NCBI GenBank assembly: GCA_965224705.1
Contig: OZ245056.1
Span: 2,528,001 to 2,592,000 of the forward strand
Length of the DNA: 64,000 nt
Direction of reading: 5' to 3'
Source of the DNA: Spirochaetaceae bacterium
GTDB lineage: Bacteria; Spirochaetota; Spirochaetia; DSM-2461
A program made the position numbers and the translations under genes. Of this stretch, positions 18,995-28,788 are shown piece after piece (the stretch's first letter is position 1; each line of letters opens with the position of its first letter). Below the pieces are notes generated by a model. It saw only the letters and a list, made by a program, of their open reading frames with translations. It made no database searches and was not told the origin of the DNA.

Positions 18995-21900
18995 ATGAAA
19001 TCCATAAGCAACGCCATTGACGAATTTCTTGCCCTGAATGAGCTCGGAAAAACCGATGCCAAAAACCTGAACAAGCTGATCGGGCTGCTGGAAGACGGAA
19101 AAGTGGCAACGGAAAGAGCCGTCCAGGCACTGTATGCCGACGCGAAAAATCCAGATGGCAGTTTCAAGAGCTTCATCATGAGGATCAGGGCGGCCATCAA
19201 GGTTACAGCGGACAATCAGAAAGACAAGCGGTTGAAGGAACGGTTGGAATCCATAAAGATAATCACCCATCAGAAAACCTCTTCCATGCCCGGCTGCATC
19301 AGTATTAAGGCCCACTCCGAACCGACCGGCCATCTGCCAGCGGCCAACCGGCAGTACCCGGATGAAAATTATGTTCAAAGCGAGGCATCCAGTGTGGATG
19401 GCAAGCCGCTCCGCAAGGGGGAATCAAAGCTGTTTCTCAGCTACTCCAATGAGAATGCCCGATTAGCCCACGACCTTAAAGACATGCTGGAACAGCAGAG
19501 TAAAGGCACCGAAAACCCTGTCCGTATTTGGTCCATGCTGGAACTGCTGCCGAACCAGAGTTTCATAGAACAGATCAGGGAGAAGCTGAATGAATGCGAT
19601 TTGGGCCTGGCCTGCCTGTCCCAGGCATTCCTCAATAGTCAATTCATAGCGGAGGAGGAAGTCCCTTTTCTACTGAACCACAATAAGATAATCCTGGTCG
19701 GACTGGATTCCCGTTGGGATGGCCGCTCAAAAACACCCTCAGAATTTTTTGATCTTGTGAAAAAGGGCTTTAACGAAAATATCCCCTACTGGAAAAAGAA
19801 TCTCTCGAAGTTATTAGGAATTCATGTATACCACCTGCGCGATACAGAGTGCGGTGCTTTTTGGGGACAATGTGTAAAGAAAACGCCCCAAGAGCAGTTT
19901 GTCGATGGTTTGATTGGGGATATTCGGAAAGTAATCAAACAGAAAAAAGAACGTGAAGAAAAACAGACCGAAGAATTAAAAAAGAACTGGGAAGTTGGAG
20001 ACCGGCGTTACCTTCCCAGGAACTATGTGGATACTGAAGTAAAAGCATTACTAATTCAAAGCCAAACAGAAGCATCCTCGGAAACGCAAAAACGGCACCA
20101 CGAACAGGATGACAAAGAGCCATCCAAACCAACCAGAGAATTGGTGCCCGACATGTTGAACTGGGCGGCCAACGGAAAGGAACCCGTTTACGCCATACTG
20201 GGCGACTACGGCATGGGCAAAACCTTTTCCTGCCGGATTTTCGCCCAGCGTCTGGATGAAGCGCACAAAAAAACGGCCTCCCTGCCGATTTCACTGTACA
20301 TGGATCTGCGTAAGGTACAGACCTTTGTTAAAGACAAGGGTATAGAACGCCTTCCGCGTCTGGACGAAATGATTGATATGATGCTTAAAAGTCATGGAGC
20401 TGAAGCCGATCCGAAGAGATTTATTGAAGACGCGAGACATGGCCGCGTTCTGCCCATATTCGACGGCCTGGATGAAAAGCTGGTCTACTACACCAGGGAC
20501 ATGCAGTACCAGTTTCTGAACGAACTGATGCGGGTGTTCCCGTTCGAAACAACACGGGACAAATCGAAGATCAAAGTCGTGATTTCCTGCCGGACGCATC
20601 ACTTTGAATCAATTGCCCAACAGTCCGTTTTCCTGCAGGGCCTTTACCGGGATGACAGCATGCGGGGCGACTTCCGGGCCATGGAAATACTGCCCCTGTC
20701 GGATGGAAAGATGCGCCAACTCCTGGAAAAAAGGCTGGGCCGGGATGCCACGTTCCAGGTGTGGGAATACATAGACCGTCAGGAATACCTGGCCGCCCTG
20801 GGCCGCCGTCCCCTTCTGCTCAGCAAACTGCCCGATATGCTCCCGTCCATCCAGTCCATGCAGTCAGAGGGAATTCCCGTCAATGCCGCCGTGTTCTATA
20901 AAGCCCTTATCGATGATGTACTGGCTCGGGATAATCCCAAACATGTCCTTAAAAACCGTCATAAGCACCGCCTTCTGCTGGATTTGGCCCTGTATTTCTG
21001 GGAGAAGGGAGAACAGAGCATGAACATAGACAATTTGAACGACTGGTACCAGGCATGGCTGCGCCGCGACCCGGACATGTTTGCCCAGTATCAGACAGAG
21101 GGCAGTGAACAACTGGAAAAAGACCTGCGCAACTCCACCCTGCTGCTCCGCTTCGGTGAAAAAGAATTTGGTTTTACCCACAGCTCCATGCAGGAATACT
21201 TACTGGCCCGGAAACTGCTTTCAGAATGGGGGCAAAACGGTTATTCCCTGGCCAAACCTGTTTCCCGTTTGACAGAGAAGTTCATTGGCGAAGCCCTCGT
21301 GTTGCTGGAGGACGGCGAACGGCGGAAACTGCGTGAACAGCTTGCTGTTTATGCCGCCAGGCCGGAAAAAACCGCCCACTCACCCCATCAGGATGCCCTG
21401 CTGCTCTGCGTAATCCATTCCGCGGCGGAAGCGGGACGGCCTTTTGAAGCCTTTGATGCCATCCATGTCTTTGGTGTCAATTTCTCCGGTGAACGGATTA
21501 GGGGCCTTCGTGCCCGGAAACTAACCCTGAACCGCTGTGAAATGCCGCTCTGCCGCTGGCAGGAAAGCAATATTGACAACCTGGAGTTGAACGAAACCAA
21601 CATCAACCAATCGGTGTGGGAGGAATGCCGGGTTGAGCAAGCGGCGGGAAATGCCCAGGGGCTGACCTGCGTCAACACAGTGGGGCGGATTGAGGGACTC
21701 TGCAAAAACGGAGGAGGCCGGATATATCCGCTGCCGGAGAAGGCCCCTGTGCCGCCCCCGCCGTACGCGGAGAATAATGTAACATGGGGTCATAACTATG
21801 AAATAAACGCGTTGTCATTCAGCCCCGATGGCCGCCTTCTGGCTTCCGCTTCCTCTGACGACACGGTGAGAATCTGGAGCGCGGAGGGCGAATGCCTGCG

Positions 21901-23719
21901 CGTCCTGGAGGGCCATTCCGATGGGGTTCATAGTGTGGACTTCAGCCCCGATGGCCGCCTTCTGGCTTCCGCTTCCTCTGACAACACGGTGAGAATCTGG
22001 AGCGCGGAGGGCGAATGCCTGCGCGTCCTGGAGGGCCATTCCGATGGGGTTCATAGTGTGGGCTTCAGCCCCGATGGCCGCCTTCTGGCTTCCGCTTCCT
22101 CTGACGACACGGTGAGAATCTGGAGCGCGGAGGGCGAATGCCTGCGCGTCCTGGAGGGCCATTCCGATTGGGTTCATAGTGTGGGCTTCAGCCCCGATGG
22201 CCGCCTTCTGGCTTCCGCTTCCTCTGACGACACGGTGAGAATCTGGAGCGCGGAGGGCGAATGCCTGCGCGTCCTGGAGGGCCATTCCGATTCGGTTTGG
22301 AGTGTGGGCTTCAGCCCCGATGGCCGCCTTCTGGCTTCCGCTTCCTCTGACGACACGGTGAGAATCTGGAGTGCGGAGGGCGAATGCCTGCGCGTCCTGG
22401 AGGGCCATTCCGATTCGATTAATAGTGTGGGCTTCAGCCCCGATGGCCGCCTTCTGGCTTCCGCTTCCTCTGACGACACGGTGAGAATCTGGAGCGCGGA
22501 GGGCGAATGCCTGCGCGTCCTGGAGGGCCATTTCCATTGGGTTCATAGTGTGGGCTTCAGCCCCGATGGCCGCCTTCTGGCTTCCGCTTCCTATGATCAC
22601 ACGGTGAGAATCTGGAGCGCGGAGGGCGAATGCCTGCGCGTCCTGGAGGGCCATTCCGATTGGGTTCATAGTGTGGGCTTCAGCCCCGATGGCCGCCTTC
22701 TGGCTTCCGCTTCCTCTGACAACACGGTGAGAATCTGGAGTGCGGAGGGCGAATGCCTGCACGTCCTGGAGGGCCATTTCCTTTCGGTTAATAGTGTGGG
22801 CTACAGCCCCGATGGCCGCCTTCTGGCTTCCGCTTCCTATGATCACACGGTGAGAATCTGGAGCGCGGAGGGCGAATGCCTGCGCGTCCTGGAGGGCCAT
22901 TCCGGTGGGGTTTGGAGTGTGGGCTTCAGCCCCGATGGCCGCCGTCTGGCTTCCGCTTCTTCTGTCAACATGGTGAGAATCTGGAGCGCGGAGGGCGAAT
23001 GCCTGCGCGTCCTGGAGGGCCATTCCGATGGGGTTCGGAGTGTGGGCTTCAGCCCCGATGGCCGCCTTCTGGCTTCCGCTTCCTATGACCACACGGTGAG
23101 AATCTGGAGCGCGGAGGGCGAATGCCTGCGCGTCCTGGAGGGCCATTCCGATTCGGTTATGAGTGTGGGCTTCAGCCCCGATGGCCGCCGTCTGGCTTCC
23201 GCTTCCTTTGATAAAACGGTGAGAATCTGGAGCGCGGAGGGCGAATGCCTGCGCGTCCTGGAGGGCCATTCCGGTGGGGTTATGAGTGTGGGCTTCAGCC
23301 CCGATGGCCGCCTTCTGGCTTCCGCTTCCGATGACAACACGGTGAGAATCTGGAGCGCGGAGGGCGAATGCCTGCGCGTCCTGGAGGGCCATTCCGATTC
23401 GGTTATGTGTGTGGGCTTCAGCCCCGATGGCCGCCTTCTGGCTTCCGGATCCCATGACGGAACGCATATTATCTGGTCCGTAGACCAGGGCCTTCCGCTC
23501 CGTATTATGAGCGCGCAAATAGACGGGCAGTGGTGGTCGGTGGAAATAGACGAAAACCGCCGTTACACCCGGATGCTGGGCACCGAACTGGCCTGGCAGC
23601 GGGTGTGGCTGCGGCATAAGGACGGTGTGGCTTCCCTGGATGCCTTTGACGGGTTTCGATTGGTGCCGTCACGACACTGCCTGAAAAATGATGCCAAAAC
23701 ACATCTGAATCGACCATGA
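18995..23719 (+). CDS. NLR-like STAND protein: TIR - NACHT - pentapeptide-like - 14 WD40 repeats
   Basis: TIR LFLSYS...LSQAFLNSQFIAEEEV; Walker A GDYGMGKT; Walker B IFDGLDE; ISCRTHHF; FTHSSMQEYLLA; GH...FSPDG...IW repeats. Confidence 0.93.
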   Translation: MKSISNAIDEFLALNELGKTDAKNLNKLIGLLEDGKVATERAVQALYADAKNPDGSFKSFIMRIRAAIKVTADNQKDKRLKERLESIKIITHQKTSSMPGCISIKAHSEPTGHLPAANRQYPDENYVQSEASSVDGKPLRKGESKLFLSYSNENARLAHDLKDMLEQQSKGTENPVRIWSMLELLPNQSFIEQIREKLNECDLGLACLSQAFLNSQFIAEEEVPFLLNHNKIILVGLDSRWDGRSKTPSEFFDLVKKGFNENIPYWKKNLSKLLGIHVYHLRDTECGAFWGQCVKKTPQEQFVDGLIGDIRKVIKQKKEREEKQTEELKKNWEVGDRRYLPRNYVDTEVKALLIQSQTEASSETQKRHHEQDDKEPSKPTRELVPDMLNWAANGKEPVYAILGDYGMGKTFSCRIFAQRLDEAHKKTASLPISLYMDLRKVQTFVKDKGIERLPRLDEMIDMMLKSHGAEADPKRFIEDARHGRVLPIFDGLDEKLVYYTRDMQYQFLNELMRVFPFETTRDKSKIKVVISCRTHHFESIAQQSVFLQGLYRDDSMRGDFRAMEILPLSDGKMRQLLEKRLGRDATFQVWEYIDRQEYLAALGRRPLLLSKLPDMLPSIQSMQSEGIPVNAAVFYKALIDDVLARDNPKHVLKNRHKHRLLLDLALYFWEKGEQSMNIDNLNDWYQAWLRRDPDMFAQYQTEGSEQLEKDLRNSTLLLRFGEKEFGFTHSSMQEYLLARKLLSEWGQNGYSLAKPVSRLTEKFIGEALVLLEDGERRKLREQLAVYAARPEKTAHSPHQDALLLCVIHSAAEAGRPFEAFDAIHVFGVNFSGERIRGLRARKLTLNRCEMPLCRWQESNIDNLELNETNINQSVWEECRVEQAAGNAQGLTCVNTVGRIEGLCKNGGGRIYPLPEKAPVPPPPYAENNVTWGHNYEINALSFSPDGRLLASASSDDTVRIWSAEGECLRVLEGHSDGVHSVDFSPDGRLLASASSDNTVRIWSAEGECLRVLEGHSDGVHSVGFSPDGRLLASASSDDTVRIWSAEGECLRVLEGHSDWVHSVGFSPDGRLLASASSDDTVRIWSAEGECLRVLEGHSDSVWSVGFSPDGRLLASASSDDTVRIWSAEGECLRVLEGHSDSINSVGFSPDGRLLASASSDDTVRIWSAEGECLRVLEGHFHWVHSVGFSPDGRLLASASYDHTVRIWSAEGECLRVLEGHSDWVHSVGFSPDGRLLASASSDNTVRIWSAEGECLHVLEGHFLSVNSVGYSPDGRLLASASYDHTVRIWSAEGECLRVLEGHSGGVWSVGFSPDGRRLASASSVNMVRIWSAEGECLRVLEGHSDGVRSVGFSPDGRLLASASYDHTVRIWSAEGECLRVLEGHSDSVMSVGFSPDGRRLASASFDKTVRIWSAEGECLRVLEGHSGGVMSVGFSPDGRLLASASDDNTVRIWSAEGECLRVLEGHSDSVMCVGFSPDGRLLASGSHDGTHIIWSVDQGLPLRIMSAQIDGQWWSVEIDENRRYTRMLGTELAWQRVWLRHKDGVASLDAFDGFRLVPSRHCLKNDAKTHLNRP
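21788..23490 (+). repeat. 14 tandem 123-bp WD40-encoding repeats
   Basis: GH codons at 21788, 21911 ... 23387 at exact 123-bp spacing; internal units near-identical in DNA. Confidence 0.97.
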
Positions 23720-23858
23720 TTCCTAATCGCAGAATGAGATGCGATTGCCCCGAGGGAATAAAACAAGATACCTGTCTTTTCAAATAAAATCATCCTGCTT
23801 GCCCAAGCTGACTGAAAAATGCTACGTTAGTTCTCATTCTATAAGTAAGGATTAACCT

Positions 23859-25265
23859 GTGCCCAAAGAGAAACAAGCGAACAACATCGGTAATGAACAT
23901 GGTGCATCAATGGAAAAGATGGTCTCTCTCTGCAAAAGAAGAGGATTCGTCTATCCTTCCAGCGAGATCTATGGAGGTTTATCTGCCACCTGGGACTATG
24001 GCCCATTGGGCGTTGAACTGAAGAAAAACATTCAGGAAGCCTGGTGGAAGGAGATGGTGCAGAGGCATACCAATATTGTTGGACTTGATGCTGCCATCAT
24101 GATGCATCCACGAACCTGGGAGGCCTCAGGCCATGTTGAGAATTTTTCCGACCCCCTGGTGGATTGCAAGAAGTGTAAAACCCGATTCCGGGCTGATCAT
24201 CTGGAAGATATTCGCAAAGAACAGGAAATCAGCCATGATAACTGCCCTGAATGCGGAGGGGAGCTGACCGAACCCCGGCAGTTCAATCTTATGTTTACCA
24301 CCCACATGGGACCAGTCGCAGACACAGGCTCCCTGATTTACCTTCGGCCTGAAACAGCCCAGGGTATCTTTGTCAATTTTAAAAATGTTGTGGATACCAC
24401 AAGGGTGCAGATTCCTTTCGGCATCGCCCAGGTTGGAAAGGCGTTCCGGAATGAAATAACCACTAAGAACTTCATTTTTCGCACCTGTGAATTTGAGCAA
24501 ATGGAAATGCAGTACTTCGTGAAACCGGGTACTGAGGACGATTTTTTTGAGGAATGGAAGGCCAAACGTCTATCCTGGTATGTTGACCGCCTGGGTATTA
24601 TGGCAGACCGGCTTCGATATTCAGAGCATGGCCCGGATGAACTGGCCCACTATGCAAAGGTGGCCTTTGATATTCAGTACAAATACCCGTTTGGATGGCA
24701 GGAGCTGGAAGGCATTCATTCACGGACGGACTATGATTTAAGACGGCATGGCGAGTTCTGCGGGAAGGAAATCAACTATCTGGATCCGGTCGATAACAGC
24801 CGCTACATTCCCTATGTTATTGAGACTTCTTCCGGCCTTACCAGGAGCGTATTGGTGACTTTGATGGATGCCTACCATGAGGAAAATATTGGGGAACAAA
24901 ACGGGAAGCCTGATATCCGCACCGTACTGCATCTCCACCCCGACATTGCCCCGGTGAGAGTGGCTGTTTTTCCCCTGGTTAAGAAGGATGGACTGGCTGA
25001 GCTTGCCCGGGATCTGGAATTGGAGCTCCGGGAGGACTATTCCACTTTCTACGATCAAGGCGGAGCAATCGGACGCCGTTATCGCCGCATGGATGAAATT
25101 GGAACTCCCTTCTGTGTGACCATTGACCATGAAACAAAAGAGAATAAAACAGTAACTCTCCGGTTTCGGGATTCCATGGAACAGGTGAGAGTTCCTCTTG
25201 ATGGTGTCAGTCAGGTTATCCGCAGGGAAAGCAGGGAATACGTTCGGAAAACAACTTCGGTTTGA
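23859..25265 (+). CDS. glyQS: Glycine--tRNA ligase, alpha2 type
   Basis: KRRGF, WDYGPLG, YLRPETAQGIF, FRNEI, EFEQME, IGRRYRRMDEIGTP. Confidence 0.97.
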   Translation: MPKEKQANNIGNEHGASMEKMVSLCKRRGFVYPSSEIYGGLSATWDYGPLGVELKKNIQEAWWKEMVQRHTNIVGLDAAIMMHPRTWEASGHVENFSDPLVDCKKCKTRFRADHLEDIRKEQEISHDNCPECGGELTEPRQFNLMFTTHMGPVADTGSLIYLRPETAQGIFVNFKNVVDTTRVQIPFGIAQVGKAFRNEITTKNFIFRTCEFEQMEMQYFVKPGTEDDFFEEWKAKRLSWYVDRLGIMADRLRYSEHGPDELAHYAKVAFDIQYKYPFGWQELEGIHSRTDYDLRRHGEFCGKEINYLDPVDNSRYIPYVIETSSGLTRSVLVTLMDAYHEENIGEQNGKPDIRTVLHLHPDIAPVRVAVFPLVKKDGLAELARDLELELREDYSTFYDQGGAIGRRYRRMDEIGTPFCVTIDHETKENKTVTLRFRDSMEQVRVPLDGVSQVIRRESREYVRKTTSV

Positions 25266-26504
25266 ATGATGAATGCATTAGACGTCCTGAAGGAACGGGG
25301 ATTTTTTCAGCAGTGTACCAGTGAGGAAGGACTGAGGAGTGAACTCTCAAAGGGATCTCAACGGTTTTATATCGGACTTGATCCCACAGGCCCCTCCTGT
25401 CACATCGGCCACCTTGTGCCCATCTATGCGGCGGCTCATTTACAGAGAGCCGGTCATGTTCCCATAATTCTTATGGGCGGAGGAACTGCTCTTATCGGAG
25501 ATCCCTCGGGCAAGACTGAAATGCGGCAGTTGATCAGTCCTCAGCAGGTTGATCAGAATATCACAGGCATGAAATCACAACTGAGCCGACTCATTGATTT
25601 TGTCAACTCCAGCGCCATCATTGAGAACAATGCCCAGTGGCTTGCACCGCTCAACTACCTGGATTTCCTCCGTGATATTGGGAGGCACTTCAGTGTAAAC
25701 CGCATGCTGACTTTTGAAGCTTACAGGCAGCGTCTGGAAAAGGGCCTGTCATTTCTGGAATTCAATTACCAGCTTCTCCAGTCCTATGATTTCCTTGAAT
25801 TGTACCGGCGCCACAACTGTGTCCTCCAGATTGGTGGGGATGACCAGTGGGGTAACATTGTTGCGGGTATGGAGTTGATCCGCCGGGTGGAAGGTGTTAC
25901 AACATTTGGTCTGACTTTTCCCCTCATCACAAGATCGGATGGGAAGAAAATGGGTAAAACAGAACAGGGTGCCCTGTTTCTGGATCGGGAACTTGTTTCT
26001 GTGTATGATTTCTATCAGTACTGGCGCAATGTCCCGGATGAGGATGTTGGCAGATTTTTACTTCTCTTTACCTTTTTAGATGCAGAAGAGTGCCGTGAAC
26101 TTGGTGCGCTGAATGATAGGACCATCAATGATTCCAAGGAACGGCTGGCCTGGGAGATTACCAGACTCCTTCATGGTGAGGACCAGGCCATGACAGCTCG
26201 AGAGGCTTCTCAATCCATGTTTACAGGAATCGGAAAGAAGGATGGAATGCCTGGCACAGAATTATCACCCGATCTGTTCGATAATGGAATAAACATGATT
26301 GAACTCTTTGTCATTACCGGCTTATGCTCATCGAAGAGTGAGGCACGTCGTCTTGTACAGCAGGGCGGAGCCAGGGTGAACGATAAAAAAATGGATGATA
26401 TTGATGCCGTGATAGCATTGGAATCCTTCATCGGCGGTGAGATAATTCTCAAAGCTGGTAAGAAGCGTTTTCATCGTGTCAGCTTGAAGCCGGACAGTGC
26501 CTGA
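25266..26504 (+). CDS. tyrS: Tyrosine--tRNA ligase
   Basis: HIGH, IGDPSGK, QIGGDDQWGNI, KMGKT, C-terminal S4 domain. Confidence 0.97.
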   Translation: MMNALDVLKERGFFQQCTSEEGLRSELSKGSQRFYIGLDPTGPSCHIGHLVPIYAAAHLQRAGHVPIILMGGGTALIGDPSGKTEMRQLISPQQVDQNITGMKSQLSRLIDFVNSSAIIENNAQWLAPLNYLDFLRDIGRHFSVNRMLTFEAYRQRLEKGLSFLEFNYQLLQSYDFLELYRRHNCVLQIGGDDQWGNIVAGMELIRRVEGVTTFGLTFPLITRSDGKKMGKTEQGALFLDRELVSVYDFYQYWRNVPDEDVGRFLLLFTFLDAEECRELGALNDRTINDSKERLAWEITRLLHGEDQAMTAREASQSMFTGIGKKDGMPGTELSPDLFDNGINMIELFVITGLCSSKSEARRLVQQGGARVNDKKMDDIDAVIALESFIGGEIILKAGKKRFHRVSLKPDSA

Positions 26505-26857
26505 TGCAGATAATCGGAAGGATGAAATGCCGGGACACGAAGAAATGCCGACTCTGGTTCGACCAGAGGGGAATCAAGTACCATTTTGTTGATCTTGAAA
26601 AACGAGATTTGAGTCAGGGTGAATGGCAGGCTGTTGCAACCGGGCGAAATTGGGATGATTTAATAGACCGGAGCGGAAAGGCATGGGAAAAGCATCAACT
26701 GGCCTGGAAGGATTACAATCCCCGGGATGAATTGATGGATGATTCAGCCTTACTCAAAACCCCGGTACTGAGGGAGGGGCGAATGGTTGCTGTTGGCTAT
26801 GATCCCGGGGCATGGGAAAAGGTTCTGCAGATGATTAAATCAGGAGGGGAGAAATGA
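26504..26857 (+). CDS. ArsC/Spx family protein
   Basis: KCRDTKKC..WF, LLKTPVLR. Confidence 0.85.
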   Translation: MQIIGRMKCRDTKKCRLWFDQRGIKYHFVDLEKRDLSQGEWQAVATGRNWDDLIDRSGKAWEKHQLAWKDYNPRDELMDDSALLKTPVLREGRMVAVGYDPGAWEKVLQMIKSGGEK

Positions 26858-28788
26858 GCAGGGATGCACAGAATTTCTATAAAACAATGCTCTCAGTCTG
26901 GGACAATTTGGACAGGGCCAATGATCAAACAGCAGATTCAGCGTATGAATTTTTGAAAGCACTGGCAGGTGTTCGGGAAACGGATAATCTGGAGGATGTT
27001 TTCCGGGATGCTGTCAATGCCGTGCATGCTGAGTTCGATAATGCACCGAAAGATAGAAAAGAGGCATTACTGAACCTTCAGCAATTGGTTGACGGCGGAG
27101 ATGCTGCGGAAGAAACCATTGTACATGCTGTTTGGAAGGCTTTTTTTCCTGAGGCTCTTCATCTTGACGATAACCCGGAAAAACAAATTGAACTGCTGCG
27201 CAAAAGTCGGCGGATTGATGTCCATAAGCTTGTTGATGATCCCATTGATGATGTTCCCGGCCAGATTGTATTTACTTCCAATGTTCTTCTTTCTCCGCCT
27301 GTTCCCAACAGGGATTCTGGTGCCATTGAAGAAGTGAAGAAGATTGTCCAGGGTGCTGATGAGGTCAATAAGGAATCTCAACAGTACTGGTATGATCATC
27401 CGATTCCTGTTGGTATTCCCCCGCAGAATGATGAAGTTGTGTATGGTCTGGAGGGAATGGCTCAAACTCTTGCTTTTGAGAAAAAACAAGGAACGGCTCG
27501 TCCATCGGATCGGCTGACCATACTGCTTTCCGTGTCCGTTACTCACCGCGGCCTTCATCGCTGGGCAGGACCCTGGCTCAAGGTGCAGCTGGCAGGACTG
27601 GAGAAAGAAAGATTTGAGGGACTGGATGTTTTTGCCTTTACGGAGGCGGATACGGATAAGATCGTCGATGTACTGCTTCCCTGGCTGGACAATCCTGATG
27701 ACGAAACTGCACTGAGGAAAACTTTTGGAGTTGATGGGGAATATGGCCGGCATTATTCCTTTTTGAAGGCCATGCCAGCTCTCTGGGCCATTCTGGATAA
27801 CCCAAAAATAAAGGCCACATTCAAAATTGATCTGGATCAGGTTTTTCCTCAGGAAGTTCTTACTGAGGAAACAGGGAAAAGTGCGTTTGAGCATTTCAGG
27901 ACTCCTCTCTGGGGAGCCCTTGGAAAAGATGTATCCGGACAGGACGTTGAGCTTGGCATGATTGCCGGGGCTCTGGTGAACGAGAAAGACATTTCTGATG
28001 GATTATTCACACCGGACATCCCATGGCCTTCTGATCTTCCTCAAGGTGGTGAATTCTTATTCTTCAAACAGAGGCCCATGGCGGTGTCCACTCGTGCGGA
28101 ACTCAATACCCGCAATGGAGATGTAGAACCCATACACCGCATACATGTGACGGGCGGAACAAATGGCATCCGGCTGGATGCCCTGCGATGCCACCAGCCT
28201 TTTACTCCCAGCTTCATTGGCCGGGCTGAAGACCAGGCCTACCTTCTCTCCGTTCTTACAAATTGGCGGGAACGGGCATCGTTAAGGTATGTCCATGCTT
28301 CTGGATTGATTATGCGTCATGACAAAGCCGCCTTTGCCGGTGATGCGGTAAAGGCAGGAAAAGCCGGTTCCCATGTTGGAGACCTGATCCGAATACTTGT
28401 ATTCAGTGCCTATGCCGGTTTCCTCCCCGATGGACCTGAAAAGATCAAAAAACTAATCGATCCCTTTACTGGATGTTTTATCACACCCCTTCCCATCACA
28501 CTTGTGCTGCTGAGTCTGGCCCTTCATCTTCTTTCCCCGGGCAGTGAGGACGGTCGAAAAAGAATTCTCTCCCTTGCCAATAAACGGCTGCCGGATTGGG
28601 TTAAAAACTATGATAGGAAATCGACATCGCTGAAAAGAATATGGCATCAGGAAAAACGTGGATGGAATGCGTACTATACAGCCCTCAATAACCTGGAAGC
28701 CGCAGTGAAGGCAGGGAGCGATGAAGCCCATCACACATCCAGACGATTCAAGGAAATTGTAAAGAACTGCAGAATAACGGACAGATGA
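26854..28788 (+). CDS. Uncharacterised 644-aa protein, possible GT-A-fold enzyme
   Basis: ATGA overlaps at both ends; KIDLDQ (DxD), TGGTNG, RAEDQ. Confidence 0.8.
   Translation: MSRDAQNFYKTMLSVWDNLDRANDQTADSAYEFLKALAGVRETDNLEDVFRDAVNAVHAEFDNAPKDRKEALLNLQQLVDGGDAAEETIVHAVWKAFFPEALHLDDNPEKQIELLRKSRRIDVHKLVDDPIDDVPGQIVFTSNVLLSPPVPNRDSGAIEEVKKIVQGADEVNKESQQYWYDHPIPVGIPPQNDEVVYGLEGMAQTLAFEKKQGTARPSDRLTILLSVSVTHRGLHRWAGPWLKVQLAGLEKERFEGLDVFAFTEADTDKIVDVLLPWLDNPDDETALRKTFGVDGEYGRHYSFLKAMPALWAILDNPKIKATFKIDLDQVFPQEVLTEETGKSAFEHFRTPLWGALGKDVSGQDVELGMIAGALVNEKDISDGLFTPDIPWPSDLPQGGEFLFFKQRPMAVSTRAELNTRNGDVEPIHRIHVTGGTNGIRLDALRCHQPFTPSFIGRAEDQAYLLSVLTNWRERASLRYVHASGLIMRHDKAAFAGDAVKAGKAGSHVGDLIRILVFSAYAGFLPDGPEKIKKLIDPFTGCFITPLPITLVLLSLALHLLSPGSEDGRKRILSLANKRLPDWVKNYDRKSTSLKRIWHQEKRGWNAYYTALNNLEAAVKAGSDEAHHTSRRFKEIVKNCRITDR

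Noticed and set aside
21788..23490. CRISPR array or diversity-generating retroelement
   Set aside because: Repeats are in-frame WD40 coding units without unique spacers; no cas or reverse transcriptase gene and no template repeat in the window
21815..23617. 600-aa minus-strand repetitive ORF
   Set aside because: Antisense shadow of the WD40 array
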